This document shows positions 34,480 to 44,744 of a stretch of DNA of 64,000 bases, one piece after another. The notes below the pieces were generated by a model that ran no database searches, was not told the DNA's origin, and worked only from the letters and a program-made list of their open reading frames with translations. The DNA lies in contig JADGEL010000001.1 in NCBI GenBank assembly GCA_016744415.1, positions 963,855 to 1,027,854 of the forward strand, written 5' to 3'. Position numbers and translations under genes: made by a program. Numbering within the stretch: position 1 is the first letter of the stretch; each line of letters begins with the position of its first letter. The stretch comes from Flavobacteriaceae bacterium. Lineage in GTDB: Bacteria; Bacteroidota; Bacteroidia; Flavobacteriales; Flavobacteriaceae.

Positions 34480-36855
34480 ATGAAATTTAATTTATATTTT
34501 ATATCAATAGCGCTTATCTTACTTTTTCAAGGCAATTTTGTAGCTCAAAATCAACAAAACAAAATATCAGGTAAGGTAGTTGATGAGGCAAGTAAAACCC
34601 CAATAGCTTTTGCAACTGTTGTACTAATTGATAAAGAATCAAAAGAAATTTTAAACGGAACAACTACAATAGATGATGGCTCTTTTGTTGTAGGATCCAA
34701 TTCTGCTAATGTTTATTTAGAAATTAGTTTTATTGGGTTTGACACAAAAATTATTTCACCTATTACTTTTTCAGCAGGTGAAGCAAATTTAGGTGTGATT
34801 ACAATAAATGAAGGACAAACCTTAGATGAGGTAACTGTTAGAGCAGAAAAATCAACCACAGAATTCAAATTGGATAAACGTGTATTTAATGTTGGGAAAG
34901 ATTTAAGCTCTACCGGTATGGGAGCGTTAGAGTTGTTGAATAACGTGCCTTCTGTAAATGTTAGTATTGAAGGAGAGGTAAGTTTAAGAGGAAGTTCTGG
35001 AGTTCAAATTTTGATAGATGGAAAACCATCAATTTTAGCAGATGACCCTAGTAATTCATTGAGCTCAATTACTGCAGAAATGATTGAAAAGATTGAGGTT
35101 ATTACGAACCCTTCAGCTAAATATGATGCAGAAGGTACATCAGGAATTTTAAACATTGTATTAAAAAAGAATGATAAAAAAGGTTTAAACGGATCAGTTA
35201 CTTTAAATGGTGGAACTCCTACAAATTATAGTGTAGGATTGAGTTTAAATAGAAGGTCTGAAAAATTTAATTTATTTGCTCAATTGGGTGTTGGTTACAG
35301 AGAGCAGCCAAATGATTTAGAAAACAGTAATCAAGATTTGGTAAACAATACAACAGTAAATAGTATTGGTAAGGAATATAGAAATGAAAATTATTACAAC
35401 ATTATTTTAGGGACAGATTATCATATAAATGATCTTAATGTTATTACCTTATCTGGTAATTTTGCATATGAAATAGAAGATCAACCATCTAGTACAGATT
35501 TTAGTTATTACGACAATTCTAATACGTTGGTTTCTGAGTGGAATCGTAGCGAAACAACTGAAGCTACTAATCCTAAATGGCAATACGAATTGCAATACAA
35601 GAAAGATTTTAAAGACCATAAGGATCATGATTTATTATTTAGTGCTTTAGGGAGGTTTTTTGGAAAAGATCAAGAATCGGAATTCGAGATTACTCCAACT
35701 TTTGGCGATATTGAGTTTGACAATCAGCAAACTGAAACAGAATTTAAACAAGCCGATTTCACTTTAAAATTTGATTATACCAAACCTTTTTCTGATAGAG
35801 TAACTATGGAAACCGGATCGCAATATGTAATTAATGACGTTGGGAATGATTATACTGTTAGAGATTATATTGGTGATGAGTGGGTAACAGACCCTAATTT
35901 AACAAACAATTTTGAATACGTTCAAAAAGTACTTGGAGTATATGGTACAGGATCTTATGAAGGTGATGTTTGGGGTGTAAAATTAGGCTTAAGGTTAGAA
36001 AATACAAATTTAAACACCTTGCTAACTAATACAAATGAAGAGAGCCAACAGAAGTATACAAACTTCTTTCCTAGTGGGCATGTATCCTATAAATTTAATG
36101 ATGAAATATCTTTACAGGGAGGTTATTCTAAACGAATTTTTAGACCAAGATTATGGGATTTAAATCCGTTTTTTAATATCAGAAATGATTATAATGTACG
36201 AGTTGGTAACCCTAATTTGAAACCAGAATACACAGACTCATTTGAATTGACGAGTATTTTTATTATTCCAAAAGCTTCAATAAATGCTGGGATGTATCAT
36301 AGATACACTACTGATGTTGTTGAGCGCGTAACTTATTTTGAAGATAATGTTAGTGTCTCTAGACCAGAAAATATTGGTCAAGAAAATACAACTGGTTTAG
36401 AGCTGAATGCAAAATATAACCCTTGGAGTTGGTTTACATTAACAGGAGATTTTAACTTTAGTTATTTTGATAGAAAAGGAGAATTTGAAGATCAAAATTT
36501 CGATTATACAGGAGAACGCTGGACATCTAGAATGACGGGTAAATTTAAATTGCCAGCTGATTTTGATTTTGAATTAACAGGTAATTTCCAGTCTAAATAT
36601 AAAACTTTACAGGGCGAAATAACACAAAATTTATATGCAGATTTAGGATTAAGAAAAAAAGTAGCAAGAGGAAAATTAGTTATAACTGCAAGCGTTAGAG
36701 ATGTATTTAACTCTCGTATTAGAGAAAGTACTGTAAGCCAACCAGAATATTATATTTATAGCAAAAGGCAAAGAGGCCGTTTTGTTTCTATTGGTTTAAG
36801 CTATGGTTTTGGTAAAGGAGAAGCAATGACCTACTCTGGTGGTAGACGAAGATAA
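34480..36855 (+). CDS. Outer-membrane beta-barrel / TonB-dependent receptor family protein with a CarboxypepD_reg-like N-terminal domain
   Basis: Signal peptide, the ISGKVVDEASKTPIAFATVVL domain, a plug-like region, and a C-terminal barrel ending ...SIGLSYGFG. Confidence 0.8.
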   Translation: MKFNLYFISIALILLFQGNFVAQNQQNKISGKVVDEASKTPIAFATVVLIDKESKEILNGTTTIDDGSFVVGSNSANVYLEISFIGFDTKIISPITFSAGEANLGVITINEGQTLDEVTVRAEKSTTEFKLDKRVFNVGKDLSSTGMGALELLNNVPSVNVSIEGEVSLRGSSGVQILIDGKPSILADDPSNSLSSITAEMIEKIEVITNPSAKYDAEGTSGILNIVLKKNDKKGLNGSVTLNGGTPTNYSVGLSLNRRSEKFNLFAQLGVGYREQPNDLENSNQDLVNNTTVNSIGKEYRNENYYNIILGTDYHINDLNVITLSGNFAYEIEDQPSSTDFSYYDNSNTLVSEWNRSETTEATNPKWQYELQYKKDFKDHKDHDLLFSALGRFFGKDQESEFEITPTFGDIEFDNQQTETEFKQADFTLKFDYTKPFSDRVTMETGSQYVINDVGNDYTVRDYIGDEWVTDPNLTNNFEYVQKVLGVYGTGSYEGDVWGVKLGLRLENTNLNTLLTNTNEESQQKYTNFFPSGHVSYKFNDEISLQGGYSKRIFRPRLWDLNPFFNIRNDYNVRVGNPNLKPEYTDSFELTSIFIIPKASINAGMYHRYTTDVVERVTYFEDNVSVSRPENIGQENTTGLELNAKYNPWSWFTLTGDFNFSYFDRKGEFEDQNFDYTGERWTSRMTGKFKLPADFDFELTGNFQSKYKTLQGEITQNLYADLGLRKKVARGKLVITASVRDVFNSRIRESTVSQPEYYIYSKRQRGRFVSIGLSYGFGKGEAMTYSGGRRR

Positions 36856-36856
36856 A

Positions 36857-37741
36857 TTACTCTTTGTACCCAAAACGTTTTAATTGGTTCTTATTATTTC
36901 TCCAATCTTTATTCACTTTAACATATAACTCTAGATGAATTTTCTTTTGAAAGAATTTTTGCAAGTCTTTTCTAGCTTCTGTGCCAACACGTTTTAAGGC
37001 AGACCCTTTGTGTCCAATAATAATTCCTTTTTGCGTTTGGCGCTCTACCATAATAATCGAACGAATTCTGATAATTTTTTCATCTTCAAAAAACTCTTCT
37101 GTTTCAATTTCTACAGCATATGGAATTTCCTTTTTGTAGTGCATTAATATTTTCTCACGGATAGCTTCATTTACAAAAAAGCGTTCAGGTTTATCAGTCA
37201 ATTGATCCTTTGGATAAAAAGCTGGAGATTCCGGCAGGTTGTCTAAAATAGCATTGAATACACCTTCAACATTAAATTTCTCTAAAGCCGAAATTAGAAA
37301 GACTTCTGCATTTGGGACTTTCTCTTGCCAATAAGCTAATTTTTCTTCAACAATAGATTGATCTTTAGCCGTATCAATTTTATTGATTAATAGCAATACA
37401 GGAATTTTTGAGGCTTTAATTTTCTCAAAGAATTTTTCATCTTTCAATTCTTTTTCTCCCAATTCTACCATATAAATTAACACGTCAGCATCCTCAAAAG
37501 CTGACTTTACAAAATCCATCATCGATTCTTGTAGTTGATATGCGGGTTTAATAATTCCTGGAGTATCAGAAAATAAGATTTGAAAATCATCACCATTTAC
37601 AATTCCTAAAATACGATGACGCGTAGTTTGAGCTTTTGAAGTAATAATTGACAAGCGCTCGCCAACTAGAGCATTCATTAAGGTTGATTTACCAACGTTT
37701 GGATTACCGATAATATTTACAAAACCTGCTTTATGAGTCAT
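36857..37741 (-). CDS. era: GTPase Era
   Basis: [16 protein letters not shown] and NKID G motifs plus a C-terminal KH domain (GIIIGHKGSALKRVG). Confidence 0.95.
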   Translation of the reverse strand: MTHKAGFVNIIGNPNVGKSTLMNALVGERLSIITSKAQTTRHRILGIVNGDDFQILFSDTPGIIKPAYQLQESMMDFVKSAFEDADVLIYMVELGEKELKDEKFFEKIKASKIPVLLLINKIDTAKDQSIVEEKLAYWQEKVPNAEVFLISALEKFNVEGVFNAILDNLPESPAFYPKDQLTDKPERFFVNEAIREKILMHYKKEIPYAVEIETEEFFEDEKIIRIRSIIMVERQTQKGIIIGHKGSALKRVGTEARKDLQKFFQKKIHLELYVKVNKDWRNNKNQLKRFGYKE

Positions 37742-37853
37742 TTATAATGTATTAAGTTACAAAGGTACAGTTATAGAAATCAACGGTCAAAATAATGACT
37801 AAAAATTGAAATATTTTTATTTATAAATGCTTTACAGATTCATTTATTAGTTA

Positions 37854-37861
37854 TATCTTTG
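37854..37861 (+). promoter_or_regulatory. Bacteroidota-type -7 promoter box (TAnnTTTG) for the tRNA gene
   Basis: TATCTTTG lies 10 nt upstream of tRNA position 1. The -33 element is not clear. Confidence 0.45.
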
Positions 37862-37871
37862 CAGTCCAAAT

Positions 37872-37944
<73 letters not shown>

Positions 37945-37950
37945 CAAAGT

Positions 37951-37981
37951 AAGAGTAATCAGAAATGGTTACTCTTTTTTT
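37951..37981 (+). terminator. Rho-independent terminator after the tRNA
   Basis: AAGAGTAA(37951-37958)/TTACTCTT(37969-37976) followed by a T-run. Confidence 0.75.
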
Positions 37982-38514
37982 ATGGGGTAAATGTAACTCG
38001 GGAACTTCGATGTTTATTAGGGTTTTATCTTCTTTACTACTTAAACATCCATTTTTTACCCTGTTCCTTATAAGGGGTGTTTTATTATGAATTTATTGCG
38101 GATGATGTAGGGGTACTTGTAAGTAGAGAAGAATCTATAATTATGTTTTGAAATAAAGTTGATTTAACTTTAAATAATTTACTGTATACGATTCTGTACT
38201 TAATTATAAATTTATCAAATATGTTATTTAAATGTAGTGTTTTTAAGTTTCGATTTTCCGTCTATGATGTTCCGTAATGAAGACTGATAGCCTATTAAAC
38301 ATCGTTATTTGTTAAATTCAATTATTGCGTGCAGAAAGCAGGTCCAAATTACCTTTAGCAAACAACAACTTATGTTTAGGCTAGATGACCAATTAAAGTT
38401 TGAGGTGTAGCTGATCCTCCTTGAATTTGCATTCTATCTCCTTATTTATTAGTATGACAGCTTCGAGAACTGAGATTACGTTTAGAATTTTTATTTTAAT
38501 TAATAGTCCGTTTT

Positions 38515-39834
38515 CTATCCTAGAAAACTTAATATAATTCCAGCTGCAATTGCTGAACCAATAACCCCTGCTACATTTGGAGCCATAGCATGCATTAACA
38601 AGTAGTTTTGGGGGTCGGCTTTAAGTCCTACTGCATGTACAACTCTAGCACTATCTGGAACAGCAGAAACTCCAGCTGCACCAATAAGTGGATTTAATTT
38701 ATCATCACCTTTAAGAAACAGGTTCATGAATTTGGCAAACAGTAACCCTCCACAAGTTGCTATTACAAATGATATAGCTCCTAAAACAAATATCATTATT
38801 GAGTCTTTAGTTATAAAAATATCGGCTTGTGTTGATGCTCCTACTGTAAGACCTAAAAGAATGGTAACAATATCAATTAATTTGGTACGAGCAGTATCTG
38901 CAAGTCGTTCTGTTCTTCCTGATTCTTTTAGTAAGTTTCCAAAGAATAACATCCCTAACAATGGCAAAGCACTAGGTGATATAAAAGTGGTTAACAACAA
39001 AGCTACAACAGGGAAAATCATTTTTTCCTTTTGCGAAACAGCTCTAGGAGGTTTCATTCTAATTAATCTTTCTTCCTTAGAGGTTAACAGCTTCATTAAA
39101 GGAGGCTGAATTACTGGTACTAATGCCATATATGAATAGGCAGCAATAGCAATTGGGCCTATTAAATTTTTAACCGTTGTACCATCTGCCAATATATTAA
39201 CACCATTGGCTAATTTTGATGATAAGAATATAGCTGTTGGCCCATCTGCACCACCAATGATACCAATAGCACCTGCCTCTGGAAGACTAAACCCTAAATA
39301 AAGGGCTCCTAAAAATGTGGCAAATACACCAATTTGAGCGGCAGCACCAAGAAGCATCAACTTGGGATTTGCTATAAGTGATGAGAAATCTGTCATTGCT
39401 CCAATTCCTAAAAATATAAGAGGTGGATAGACTCCTTTTACCACACCAAAATAAAGATAATTTAAAACCGACCCTGTTTCATAAATTCCCGTTTGGTTCC
39501 CTGCCACAAAAGGGATATTACCAATAATAACTCCTGCCCCAATAGGTATTAACAAGAGTGGTTCGTAATCAAATTTAATTCCAAGATAAATAAAAATAAT
39601 CCCTATTAAAATCATAATCATATTTCCCCATTCCGCATTTGCAAAACCTGTATATTGGTAAAATTGCAGCACCCCATCCATCGCTTCTGAAATAAAACTT
39701 CCTTCAACAGCACTTTCGGCATCCACAACCCTGGTAGACTCTGTTGCATCTGCAGAATTTGAGATCAATCCTAAAACTGGTCTTGCAAAAATAAGTAGTG
39801 ATAAAATTCCAAATATTAATATTACTTTCTTCAT
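38515..39834 (-). CDS. Sodium ion-translocating decarboxylase, beta subunit (OadB/MmdB family)
   Basis: 439-aa polytopic membrane protein with DGPT and MLLGAAAQIGVF motifs typical of OadB. It is the last gene of the decarboxylase operon. Confidence 0.9.
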   Translation of the reverse strand: MKKVILIFGILSLLIFARPVLGLISNSADATESTRVVDAESAVEGSFISEAMDGVLQFYQYTGFANAEWGNMIMILIGIIFIYLGIKFDYEPLLLIPIGAGVIIGNIPFVAGNQTGIYETGSVLNYLYFGVVKGVYPPLIFLGIGAMTDFSSLIANPKLMLLGAAAQIGVFATFLGALYLGFSLPEAGAIGIIGGADGPTAIFLSSKLANGVNILADGTTVKNLIGPIAIAAYSYMALVPVIQPPLMKLLTSKEERLIRMKPPRAVSQKEKMIFPVVALLLTTFISPSALPLLGMLFFGNLLKESGRTERLADTARTKLIDIVTILLGLTVGASTQADIFITKDSIMIFVLGAISFVIATCGGLLFAKFMNLFLKGDDKLNPLIGAAGVSAVPDSARVVHAVGLKADPQNYLLMHAMAPNVAGVIGSAIAAGIILSFLG

Positions 39835-39906
39835 TTTTTTCTGTTTTGGTCAATTCGAAATGTAAAAAGACTTGATGTTTTTTTACTTAGAATGACGTTG
39901 CCTAAT

Positions 39907-40332
39907 TTATTCTAATTCTATCATGACTTCACCTTGCAAAACTTGTTGTCCAACGTTAACATTTATAGCTGTAACAACTCCAGATTTTTCTGAAACAATA
40001 TTGTTTTCCATTTTCATTGCTTCTAAAACTAATAATAAATCATTCTCTTTAATGATATCTCCAACTTTTACATTAAGAGATAGTATAACGCCTGGAATTG
40101 GCGCTGAAATTTTTAATTTTCCGGAAGAACTCGGATTTACTTTTACTGGCTCAACAGGTGCTGTTTTAGGTGGCCTACGAACAAGTATTGGTGTTTTTCG
40201 TGCTTTTATTTCTTCTTTCATTTTTACGGAATATTTAGTTCCGTTTACTTCTAACTGTATGGTGCCATTTTCTTGTGAAACAATTTTAACACTATAATTG
40301 TTTTCATTTATTTTGAATGTGAAATTTTTCAT
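39907..40332 (-). CDS. Biotin carboxyl carrier subunit (biotinyl domain)
   Basis: C-terminal biotinyl domain with the LEAMKMEN attachment motif, preceded by a Pro/Ala-rich linker. Confidence 0.85.
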   Translation of the reverse strand: MKNFTFKINENNYSVKIVSQENGTIQLEVNGTKYSVKMKEEIKARKTPILVRRPPKTAPVEPVKVNPSSSGKLKISAPIPGVILSLNVKVGDIIKENDLLLVLEAMKMENNIVSEKSGVVTAINVNVGQQVLQGEVMIELE

Positions 40333-40374
40333 GGTTTTGTATTTCTTATAAGGTTCTTAAAAAAAATCCGAACT

Positions 40375-40737
40375 CTAAAGTCTATTTCTATATGCTCCAT
40401 ATATTTTAGAACTCCAAGGAGAATATAATTTACGTGCCTGCTTTATGGTTAGTATGGCATTTTCTTTATCATGCTGTACATCGAGATACATATGAATGGC
40501 AACTGAAATTGCTGCCGCTATTTCTCCAGTAAATTCATGATTAACTACTGGTGAAATCTCTGTAACTTTTTTGTCAGGCCCTTTAGAAATTATTTTATAG
40601 ACATAAAGCATCAGGGGTAACCCAAATTTAAAAACTAAAGTTAAAAGCAGTAGCCCACTAAAAACAATTGTGAGGCCTGTAACTAGGATAACGTACCCTT
40701 CGCTTAATGTATCGATGTATAATAGTAAATGTATCAT
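40375..40737 (-). CDS. OadG-like small membrane subunit of the decarboxylase
   Basis: One N-terminal TM helix (ILVTGLTIVFSGLLLLTLVF) and a GEIAAAISVAIHMY motif. A 1-nt overlap with the carboxyltransferase gene is present. Confidence 0.6.
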   Translation of the reverse strand: MIHLLLYIDTLSEGYVILVTGLTIVFSGLLLLTLVFKFGLPLMLYVYKIISKGPDKKVTEISPVVNHEFTGEIAAAISVAIHMYLDVQHDKENAILTIKQARKLYSPWSSKIYGAYRNRL

Positions 40738-42296
40738 TATAGTGGGATATTTGAGTGTTTTTTAGGGGGATTTATCTCTTTCTTATTAGCTAATAATTCT
40801 AAAGCTCTAATAATTCTAAACCTTGTATTTCTTGGCTCAATAACATCATCAATAAAACCATACTTAGCAGCTACATAAGGATTAGCAAACTTGGTATTAT
40901 ATTCATTTTCTTTTTCTTCAATGTAGTGCTGTTTATCATCGGCATTTTCAATTTTACGAATGTTAGCACCTTCTAAAACCTCAACAGCTCCTTTTGCACC
41001 CATAACAGCAATTTCTGCAGTTGGCCATGCATAATTTAGATCGCCACGTAGTTGTTTACAACTCATAACATCATGAGCTCCACCATACGATTTACGAAGC
41101 GTAATAGTTACTTTAGGTACAGTAGCTTCTCCGTAAGCAAATAATAATTTGGCTCCGTGTAAAATAATACCAGCATATTCTTGTCCTGTTCCTGGTAAAA
41201 ATCCTGGTACATCAACTAAAGTGACAATAGGGATATTGAAAGCATCACAGAAACGAACAAATCTAGCAGCTTTTCTTGAAGCTTCACAGTCTAAAACCCC
41301 TGCATAGTATTTTGGCTGATTTGCAACAATACCAACAGAATGTCCATTGAAACGAGCAAATCCAATAACAATATTTCGAGCATAATTTCTGTGAACTTCT
41401 AAAAATTCACTATTATCTGTAATGGTTGAAATAACATCTAAAATGTCATAAGGTTGATTCGCATTTTCTGGAATAATATCATTTAAAACATCATCCAATC
41501 TATCAATAGGGTCGGATGTTGTTATTGTTGGAGGATCTTCAAGATTATTTGAAGGTAAATAGCTTAATAATTTTCTAATAAGAATCAAGTTTTCTTCATC
41601 ATCTTCTGCTAAAAAGTGAGACACTCCAGATTTTGTAGAATGAATTGTTGCTCCTCCCAATTGTTCGGTGGTAACAACCTCTCCAGTTACCGCTTGCACA
41701 ACCTTTGGGCCAGTTACAAACATGTAACTAGTTTTATCGGTCATAATAGTGAAATCAGTTAAAGCAGGGGAATAAACAGCGCCACCAGCACATGGTCCTA
41801 AAATGGAAGATATTTGTGGAATAACACCAGATGCCATAATATTTCTTTGAAAAATCTCTGCATATCCAGCTAGCGATCTAACACCTTCTTGAATACGAGC
41901 TCCACCACTGTCATTAAGACCAATTACAGGTACGCCAATTTTCATTGCCATATCCATAATTTTACAAATTTTCAAAGCATAGGTTTCTGAAAGAGAACCT
42001 CCAAAAACTGTAAAATCTTGTGCAAAAATGTATATAATTCTACCATCAATAGTTCCGTGTCCCGTTACAACACCATCTGAAAGATAAATTTGTTTATCTA
42101 AGCCAAATGATTTTGTTCTGTGAGTAACAAACATATCAAACTCTTCAAAACTATCTTCATCTAATAGATACTCTATTCTTTCTCTAGCTGTTAATTTTCC
42201 TTTAGCATGCTGGGAATCTATACGTTTTTCGCCGCCTCCCAACTTAGCTTTAACTCTTTTTTCAATGAGTTCGTTTATTTTATCTTGATTTGTCAT
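40737..42296 (-). CDS. Methylmalonyl-CoA carboxyltransferase / acyl-CoA carboxylase beta-type subunit
   Basis: 519-aa carboxyl_trans domain ([31 protein letters not shown]). Confidence 0.9.
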   Translation of the reverse strand: MTNQDKINELIEKRVKAKLGGGEKRIDSQHAKGKLTARERIEYLLDEDSFEEFDMFVTHRTKSFGLDKQIYLSDGVVTGHGTIDGRIIYIFAQDFTVFGGSLSETYALKICKIMDMAMKIGVPVIGLNDSGGARIQEGVRSLAGYAEIFQRNIMASGVIPQISSILGPCAGGAVYSPALTDFTIMTDKTSYMFVTGPKVVQAVTGEVVTTEQLGGATIHSTKSGVSHFLAEDDEENLILIRKLLSYLPSNNLEDPPTITTSDPIDRLDDVLNDIIPENANQPYDILDVISTITDNSEFLEVHRNYARNIVIGFARFNGHSVGIVANQPKYYAGVLDCEASRKAARFVRFCDAFNIPIVTLVDVPGFLPGTGQEYAGIILHGAKLLFAYGEATVPKVTITLRKSYGGAHDVMSCKQLRGDLNYAWPTAEIAVMGAKGAVEVLEGANIRKIENADDKQHYIEEKENEYNTKFANPYVAAKYGFIDDVIEPRNTRFRIIRALELLANKKEINPPKKHSNIPL

Positions 42297-42331
42297 AAGT
42301 TATATTATTACTTATCTACTCTTATTCAATA

Positions 42332-42739
42332 TTATTCTTTTTTTGAACAAAGCTCTGTTAGCACTCCTAATGTTGACTTTGGATGAAGGAAGCCAATGTT
42401 TAATCCTTCGGCTCCTTTTCTAGATTGCTTATCAATTAGTGTTACACCTCTTTCTTCTGCCATTTTTAAAGCTTCAGTGGTGTTGTCTACTGCAAATGCT
42501 ATATGATGAATGCCTTGTCCTTTTTTAGCAATAAACTTACCAATAGGGCCATCTGGAGATGTGCTTTCTAGTAATTCAATTTTTGTATTACCTACTAAAA
42601 AAAAGGCTGTCTTCACTTTTTGATCTACAACCTCCTCTACCGAATAACATTTCATTCCTAAAACATCTTCATAATATTTGATTGATTCTTCTAAATTATC
42701 GACTGCAATTCCTAAGTGTTCTATATGTGAAATATTCAT
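42332..42739 (-). CDS. mce: Methylmalonyl-CoA epimerase (VOC/glyoxalase fold)
   Basis: MNISHIEHLGIAVDNLEESIKYY... and GIHHIAFAVDN motifs. ATG 42739 is preferred, since the track start at 42850 adds 37 unlikely residues. Confidence 0.85.
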   Translation of the reverse strand: MNISHIEHLGIAVDNLEESIKYYEDVLGMKCYSVEEVVDQKVKTAFFLVGNTKIELLESTSPDGPIGKFIAKKGQGIHHIAFAVDNTTEALKMAEERGVTLIDKQSRKGAEGLNIGFLHPKSTLGVLTELCSKKE

Positions 42740-43008
42740 AACTAAGGTGTATTTAATTCTTAAATAAAAAGATAAAATTAGATTAGATATGTTTTTTAAA
42801 TGATGACATCTGTCATGTATTTCAAATTTTTTCATTAAAATATTAACCATAATAATTTGGCATATGAATTAATGGTATAAAATGAATAAGAGTTAAATAG
42901 AAGTTTAGAATATATTTAGTTAAATTGCTTTGAAATATTTTGATTTATGAAAAAACAAGAATCAAAAGAAAAGAGTATACGTTATCGCTAATAATAAAAT
43001 TTAAGAAT

Positions 43009-43158
43009 ATGAAAAACAATTTTAAAGTAAAGGTAAATTCTAAATGGGTGTATGATATTGCTGAAAAAGAAGTTCTTAACTTAGATGGTGTAAAAGTTAA
43101 CGGAACTGTGTATTAAGTTTCAATAGTAAATCAATTAGACCAATTAATAAAAACTTAG
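43009..43158 (+). pseudogene. Decayed fragment of a biotin-carrier-type gene (N-terminal region only, in-frame stops)
   Basis: It reads MKNNFKVKVNSKWVYDIAEKEVLNLDGVKVNGTVY*VSIVNQLDQLIKT*. This parallels the N-terminus of the intact carrier in this window (MKNFTFKINENNYSVKIVSQENGTIQLEVNGTKYSVKM). No biotinyl (AMKM) domain follows. Confidence 0.3.
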
Positions 43159-43495
43159 ACTCCTTAACAGACTCTTCTTAAAATGTAAAATTAATTAAAA
43201 TTTTTCAAATAGCTGGAGGGTAGACTGGTAGGTAGGTCTAAACGTAAAAATGGGAATATTTCTTTGTGAGAAGAAGCTCTTCATTTTTTTTAACAGATTC
43301 CTTATAGTACAAAATACAAAATGCTTCTCTTTTTTATGTATCTCGTCCTGAAACAGTATTATAAAAAAACAGCTTAAAGTATAAGTTGAATTTGTAAAAT
43401 ATACTCTTGAAATTTAACTCTAAAAGTTCAATTTTATTTGACGATATACAATAGTTAGTATTTCATTCAGTCAAATCTATTACGCATAATTATTT

Positions 43496-44740
43496 ATGAA
43501 ACATTTAAAAATATTTTTTTTAACGCTAAGTATTCTGTTATCTAGTTATCAGATAAATGCTTGTACAGTTGCAGTAATTTCTGGAAAGTATACAAAAGAT
43601 GGTCGACCATTATTATGGAAAAATCGTGATACTAATTACATCAATAACCAAATTATGTATTTTAATGATGGAAAATATAGTTACATGGGGTTGGTCAATT
43701 CTAAGGATATTCACGGGAAAAGCGTTTGGATAGGTCAAAATAGCGCAGGTTTTGCTATTATGAACTCCGCTTCTTATAACTTAAATATAGGAGATGATAC
43801 AAAACTTAGTGGCTTAGAAGGAAGAATTATAAAGGAAGCGCTAGCTACTTGTGCTAGTATTCAAGATTTTGAAGAGTATTTAAATAATTTGCCAATACCA
43901 ACACGGTTAGAAGCTAACTTTGGTGTTATTGATGCACAAGGAGGTGCAGTAATGTATGAGTTAAATAACAATGGATATGTGAAATTTGATGCAAACGATG
44001 CTAAAGTAGCACCATTTGGATATATTATTAGAGGAAATTATTCTTTTATGGGAAGCTTTGGAGAAGAGAGTAGTGGATACCTTCGTTATAATACAACAAA
44101 TGAGCTTTTTTATAATGCAATGGCAACAAATACTTTTGATGCCCAATTTATAATTCAAGATGTAACACGTAGCTTAAAACACTCATTAACAAAAGATGAT
44201 TTGTATAGAGATTATGCTGGGATTCCTGAAAATACACCTACATATTCATTTTTCCATGATTTTATTCCACGTAAAAGCACATCTTCTGCATGCGTTGTTC
44301 AAGGTGTAAAAAAAGGAGAAAATCCAGAGTTTACAACTTTATGGTCTGTTGTTGGCTTTCCTCTTACATCAATAGCCATACCTACTTGGGTTAAAGGCGA
44401 AAATGATTTTCCTAATGTGCTAAAGCGTAATGAGGAGTTTAATGATGCGCCAATTTGTTTTGCGGCATTAGAACTTAAAAAAGAATTTTTTTCAATTAGA
44501 TGGGGAAGATGGGCAATGAGATATTATGTAAATATCAATGCTTTGATAAATGATGATAATACAGGTATTCATCAAAAAATTCAACCTTATGAAAATAAGG
44601 TTTTTAAAGATACCAATGATAAGTTAGATATATGGAGGTCTAATGAAATGAAAAAAGAGGATATAAAATCTTACTATAACGAGCTCAATAAAATGCTATT
44701 GAAAATGTACATTGAAGAATTTGAAATTGATCTAAATTAG
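43496..44740 (+). CDS. Secreted N-terminal-nucleophile (Ntn) cysteine hydrolase, C69/C45/choloylglycine-hydrolase-like
   Basis: The signal peptide ends ...YQINA|CTVAVISGKYTKDGRPLLWKNRD. A Cys directly after the predicted cleavage site, followed by the K/NRD motif, is the Ntn-hydrolase signature. Confidence 0.6.
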   Translation: MKHLKIFFLTLSILLSSYQINACTVAVISGKYTKDGRPLLWKNRDTNYINNQIMYFNDGKYSYMGLVNSKDIHGKSVWIGQNSAGFAIMNSASYNLNIGDDTKLSGLEGRIIKEALATCASIQDFEEYLNNLPIPTRLEANFGVIDAQGGAVMYELNNNGYVKFDANDAKVAPFGYIIRGNYSFMGSFGEESSGYLRYNTTNELFYNAMATNTFDAQFIIQDVTRSLKHSLTKDDLYRDYAGIPENTPTYSFFHDFIPRKSTSSACVVQGVKKGENPEFTTLWSVVGFPLTSIAIPTWVKGENDFPNVLKRNEEFNDAPICFAALELKKEFFSIRWGRWAMRYYVNINALINDDNTGIHQKIQPYENKVFKDTNDKLDIWRSNEMKKEDIKSYYNELNKMLLKMYIEEFEIDLN

Positions 44741-44744
44741 AGTT

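Noticed and set aside
37945-43495. tRNA-adjacent genomic island or prophage remnant
   Set aside because: There is no integrase, recombinase or phage gene. I could find no direct repeat of the tRNA 3' end downstream, only an 8-nt reverse-orientation match (AGTTCCCG) at about 38000. The intervening genes are a metabolic operon with native-looking composition.
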